In this document: in pieces, positions 61,101-64,000 of the stretch
Layout: each line of letters begins with the position of its first letter
Numbering within the stretch: position 1 is the first letter of the stretch
Virus record (IMG/VR): IMGVR_UViG_3300025030_000074
Span: 1-64,000 of that record
Source: a virus
Length of the DNA stretch: 64,000 nucleotides
Reading direction: 5' to 3' (one strand)
Position numbers and translations under genes: made by a program
Notes under the pieces: generated by a model
Database searches by the model: none
What the model was told of the DNA's origin: nothing
The model's input: only the letters and a program-made list of their open reading frames with translations

Positions 61101-64000
61101 TTTCTTTGCTAAAGTTATTTCCTTCTTAAGGATTATACGAACATCATCCACCAATTTTCTAAGAGAGGTTATATCTACCTTAGGAGACTTCTTGAATTCC
61201 TGTTCACCAACTTTTATATCTTTGTTCTCTATACTATCAGGATTTTTCTGGAAATATGTTCTTGAAGTTAGATTTCTAACATCTAGGTCAACTGTTACAT
61301 CAAAAAGAATGTCGTTTGCAACTCCTCCATATACTCTTTCTATTTCCTTTCTAATAGAAACTTCTTTTGCACTTCTAAAGATGTTAAGAATCCTTTGAAT
61401 TATTAACTTTATAGTACGTAAGATTTGACCTCCAATACCCTCTGTTTTAGATTCTTGCCATCTATCTACTATATGATCAGATAGGAGTTTACCTGCAGTT
61501 TCCTTTCTTAAATATTCATCTGTATCTGATATCAAACCTTCAGCAAGTTCAGAATATTCCTGCTTAACTTTTTGGTATTTCTCAGTTTGAGGAACTAATT
61601 CCATCATCCTTTTTACAAGAGGATTGTTATCTCCTAATAGTTCTATAAAGAAATGTGAGAATTCTTCTGGAATAGTTTTTAAGTTAGCCTTGCCTTGTGC
61701 CACAAGTATCAATCTTTCAAAGATTAAGGAGGCTCCTATGGCATCTACTCCAACTCTTTCCTTCATATTATCTACCATCTCTAAAGTAACTCCAAAAGGA
61801 GCAAGTATCTGAAGTAATCTTTTATCAAGTTCTATATCTCGTGCCTTTTTATCTTCAACCGTTATTTGAAGTAGTGGTTTAGAGGAAGGCTGTTCTTGAA
61901 GCTTATTCCTAACTTGCATTAATACTTTTCCGAGAATATTGGCCCCCTTTAAAGTTTTATCATATACTCCAAAAAGAGTATCTTTCCAATAATTCTTTTC
62001 AATTATTTCTTGAGTTCCTGTATTAAGTAATTTTTGTGTTAAATCAGGGTTATTTTGGAACTTAGCTTTCACAGCATTCATCATATACTGCAATCTATTT
62101 TCTTCATTTTGGTCCAAAGTAAACTGCCTTCTTACCTTCCTACTTGCAGCCCCACCTTGTTTAGAAATTATAGCTATTTTAGATTTTTCTTCAAGATTAC
62201 TAGTTCTTTGAGCCATATAGTAACCTTCAGAATTCCAATATTCATTTCCATGTTCGTCTTTAATAGGAACTTTTAATTGTTCAAAATTTGACATAAAAGT
62301 TTTAGAAGTTTCCAAAGCTGCATCATATCTTTCTTTAGTATATTGCTCTTCTTTATTAATAACTATTTTACTTTTTCCTACTTCTTTTATAGGTTGTTCT
62401 ATATCTACAATTTCCTCTTCCTCTTCTATAAATTCTGCTCTATCTTTTGCAAACTCCTCTTTCATTATAAATCCATAAGAATGGAAATCAGATTTTTTAG
62501 AGTAATCTACCCTATCTCTATTTGTAGGAACAATAGTTTTAACGTTATCATTATCAAAGAAGTATTCTTTAAGATGATTCTTGAATCCAAGAGAAGTTAT
62601 CTTATGATATACTCCTAAATTAATATCTCCATCATGAAATCCCATAAGTTTATATAACCTAGTTATAGGAGGGGATATTAATGCTCTGGTCTCTGGATGT
62701 ACTGCCTTTGGCTTAAGTATCTTTAGATAAGGATAAAATCGTTTATTACCTTTAGAATCTACAAAGGAAGGGTTACTATCTTCTCTTAAATCTAATAAAA
62801 TAGAAGTAGGTATTTCATCTTGTTTTTTAACTTCTTTTGCATTAAGAGGCTTTCCTTTATCATCAAGCCTAATTCTTGGTACCCATCTATTGTTAGAATT
62901 ATTATGCCTTAAGAATTGATCAATGAAGTTATCCGTACTAACAGGATCATACTTAGAATATAATCCTCTTACTATATCTCCTTGAAAGTCAAATAATCCT
63001 TTACTTTGAAACCATTCCGAGGGAATAAGATGAATAAAACTTCCTGTTTCAAATCCCATACCGTTAGCAAGTAATGCATATTCTGCTAAATTACTTGCAA
63101 ACTTCTCCGTTTTAGGATCTCTCAATAGTTGTTGCCAAGAATTTCTTATTTCTTCTACTTCACTGTCACTTAATCTACCCGCATTATTAAAAAATACAAA
63201 CTTTAAAGTTCTTGTGACATCTGCTGTGAAGAAAGGTTTGAGTATACTTACAAGTTTATTGCCTTGAAAGTCAGGATTTTCTTTCATCTTAATTTCCATA
63301 TCCTCTTTTAAAGCAACAAGCTGATTTGCTATAGAATTATCTCCTATGAATAACCTTTCTCTATTTCCTTCTCCATAAACATCTTTAAATTTTGTAGTAT
63401 CTTTTGAGTACAAGTATGTCAAGAAATCATAGTTTATGAGTTCCATATCCTCTTCTTGCAATCTAATTCCCAGATTTTCTTCTATGGACTCTCTAACTGC
63501 TTGAAAAGAACTTTGCATCCAAGGAAATTCTTTGCTCAAATGTTCTATAGGTCTTCTATAGCCAAATTCTGCAAAAGCATATAATCTAGGATACCTCTCT
63601 AAGGCCGGCCAAGTCTCCACTCTTTTTATTTGATTTAAAAAGGCTATTCCATCACTCATGGTAGGTCCTAGTCCCATAGCATCGGAACGCATGGAAACAG
63701 ATTCCTGAAATATCTCTTCTCCTAATTTTCTATATTCAATAAAGGAAGATAATATCCTCATTTGAACCTCATAATGTTTTTTTGTTCTTTCTTCACCTTT
63801 TGCCTTTATACCATTTTCAAGTTCCTTAGTAGAAATATCAAAGAATCCCTTCATCATCTTGTTAATTCCAGATAGATTTTTAACCTCTTCAATAACCTGT
63901 TTTAAAGCTTCCTTTTCCGCTACTAATGTTTCTCCTTTATTTCCATAGAGTTCAGAAAGTCTTCTTATTATTGGTTGTGAGATGAAAAGGTCTGCAGTTT
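58119..64000 (-). CDS. giant virion RNA polymerase/cargo polyprotein, 3' part, with NADAR and zincin-like domains
   Basis: The frame stays open to the window edge (TADLFISQPIIRR...). FISQPII and LAEYA...G....SF..LIP resemble the crAss vRNAP C-terminal region. NADAR motifs at about 61900-62300 and EEFSH at about 61660. The catalytic RNAP motif is not in the window. Confidence 0.75.
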   Translation of the reverse strand, partial: TADLFISQPIIRRLSELYGNKGETLVAEKEALKQVIEEVKNLSGINKMMKGFFDISTKELENGIKAKGEERTKKHYEVQMRILSSFIEYRKLGEEIFQESVSMRSDAMGLGPTMSDGIAFLNQIKRVETWPALERYPRLYAFAEFGYRRPIEHLSKEFPWMQSSFQAVRESIEENLGIRLQEEDMELINYDFLTYLYSKDTTKFKDVYGEGNRERLFIGDNSIANQLVALKEDMEIKMKENPDFQGNKLVSILKPFFTADVTRTLKFVFFNNAGRLSDSEVEEIRNSWQQLLRDPKTEKFASNLAEYALLANGMGFETGSFIHLIPSEWFQSKGLFDFQGDIVRGLYSKYDPVSTDNFIDQFLRHNNSNNRWVPRIRLDDKGKPLNAKEVKKQDEIPTSILLDLREDSNPSFVDSKGNKRFYPYLKILKPKAVHPETRALISPPITRLYKLMGFHDGDINLGVYHKITSLGFKNHLKEYFFDNDNVKTIVPTNRDRVDYSKKSDFHSYGFIMKEEFAKDRAEFIEEEEEIVDIEQPIKEVGKSKIVINKEEQYTKERYDAALETSKTFMSNFEQLKVPIKDEHGNEYWNSEGYYMAQRTSNLEEKSKIAIISKQGGAASRKVRRQFTLDQNEENRLQYMMNAVKAKFQNNPDLTQKLLNTGTQEIIEKNYWKDTLFGVYDKTLKGANILGKVLMQVRNKLQEQPSSKPLLQITVEDKKARDIELDKRLLQILAPFGVTLEMVDNMKERVGVDAIGASLIFERLILVAQGKANLKTIPEEFSHFFIELLGDNNPLVKRMMELVPQTEKYQKVKQEYSELAEGLISDTDEYLRKETAGKLLSDHIVDRWQESKTEGIGGQILRTIKLIIQRILNIFRSAKEVSIRKEIERVYGGVANDILFDVTVDLDVRNLTSRTYFQKNPDSIENKDIKVGEQEFKKSPKVDITSLRKLVDDVRIILKKEITLAKKKKKFEASEKYGQLLETLKDIEDFEGMGAFIEKAFEDTKKTVDRFNETVNSTTLNGRAKIGKLRDIRSFLKHYEDVFPELGSFIDKQIRLGNMKKEDLKEDILAALDYINATYPKLKKSYLEEGIPLQAKILWEEVPHEELNRSAKTEDEKLDLEKFTEQFVIADRDETSAMLYLDEAIGSDDVVFAAFAKSMKKMLYEATDEKVPVIADLQEKTKKFISSMKKFRDQTPEAIYGSLIDEVVDYQWNEKEGKYEPKVRPSLLSALDWTKFNKAEQNMYSSIENIGSTRKRKMKAAQWYEKNTILRKDWKEVLDAKKKEFGGADTLGFKLWMERNGRQATGEVYDLASKFKIEYEGIEYIAKNFLTEPDSKKYSNKRFESLSAPEREYLDYITNLYLEHQEVYSEDARRGFSLPAIYKTSRAKLFTEGPIAMVKEWYNETIQKTERDEMIYGPMASGDDNLIPIYYNFDIDAKDVSYDLFGSIGRYVGAAIEYKHKAGFADIVDSMRDTMEARRFPKEGNIFERAAKVFGLERKELKSKHEESNIQKHFKAFIESNFYGRTRETRTKVDKWVDLALSYTSALMLGGNIFQATTDLVRGKMHAWTETFGKEFATPTTLAEAEVAYFANMHNFFSDMGKAVPETIIGQIVQMIDPARHTEQDFKNLKTASFVRRTPGALFIQSGTDHDLAVTFMIAVLKTFKVYNKDGRVFKNDAGKDKTLWEALHATDSKGRIKLDKNIAYFEHSPREGYTIRIKDLQDLRNRIHATRTQIEGIRNAFDRPVANRYTLIRPIMLFRSWIMPGFNRRWGRRWLKRTFNQESARWEEGHYPISARFVKYHWNNLFRIQQEIDMRWTVMTPTERKAILATVVDTAVIILAWSTYLLMSGDDDDDKKNWSYKFIRYQSRRLAAELSFWFNPYETFKIIKSPVATQGIINSAGKLLVQFAHPGEEFQRNTGKWPKGYNKLKARAQEMIPIWVKLKAIKDPDEALKAFSRIL

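Overview
An AT-rich 64-kb segment of a crAss-like (Crassvirales-type) phage genome, with a Bacteroidota host inferred from TAnnTTTG promoters and a T9SS-cargo-like gene. It has three blocks. (1) 1-24.3 kb, minus strand: virion/packaging module with ring/tail proteins, fibres, auxiliary and major capsid, scaffold, portal, TerL, GroES, HU-like protein and two DNA MTases, plus four free-standing homing endonucleases. (2) 25.2-58 kb, plus strand: small early genes, a group I intron-split phosphoesterase, a phiEco32-like amidoligase/ATP-grasp/GATase cluster, and replication genes (PolA, SF2 helicase, DnaB, Sak4-like ATPase, SSB, primase, RusA-like, RecE-like). (3) 58.1-64 kb, minus strand: the 3' part of a giant virion RNAP/cargo polyprotein carrying an inserted NADAR domain. 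The standard genetic code fits. The most unusual signals are non-coding or sub-gene. They are a 156-nt tRNA(GUC)-like RNA whose 88-nt structured variable arm could pair with its own anticodon, a 64-nt D-armless CCA-ended tRNA mimic, and several other structured RNA candidates. There is also a 5-nt U|UAGCG| interruption exactly in the DxH motif of a second phosphoesterase. All family calls come from motifs recognised by eye, not from database searches.
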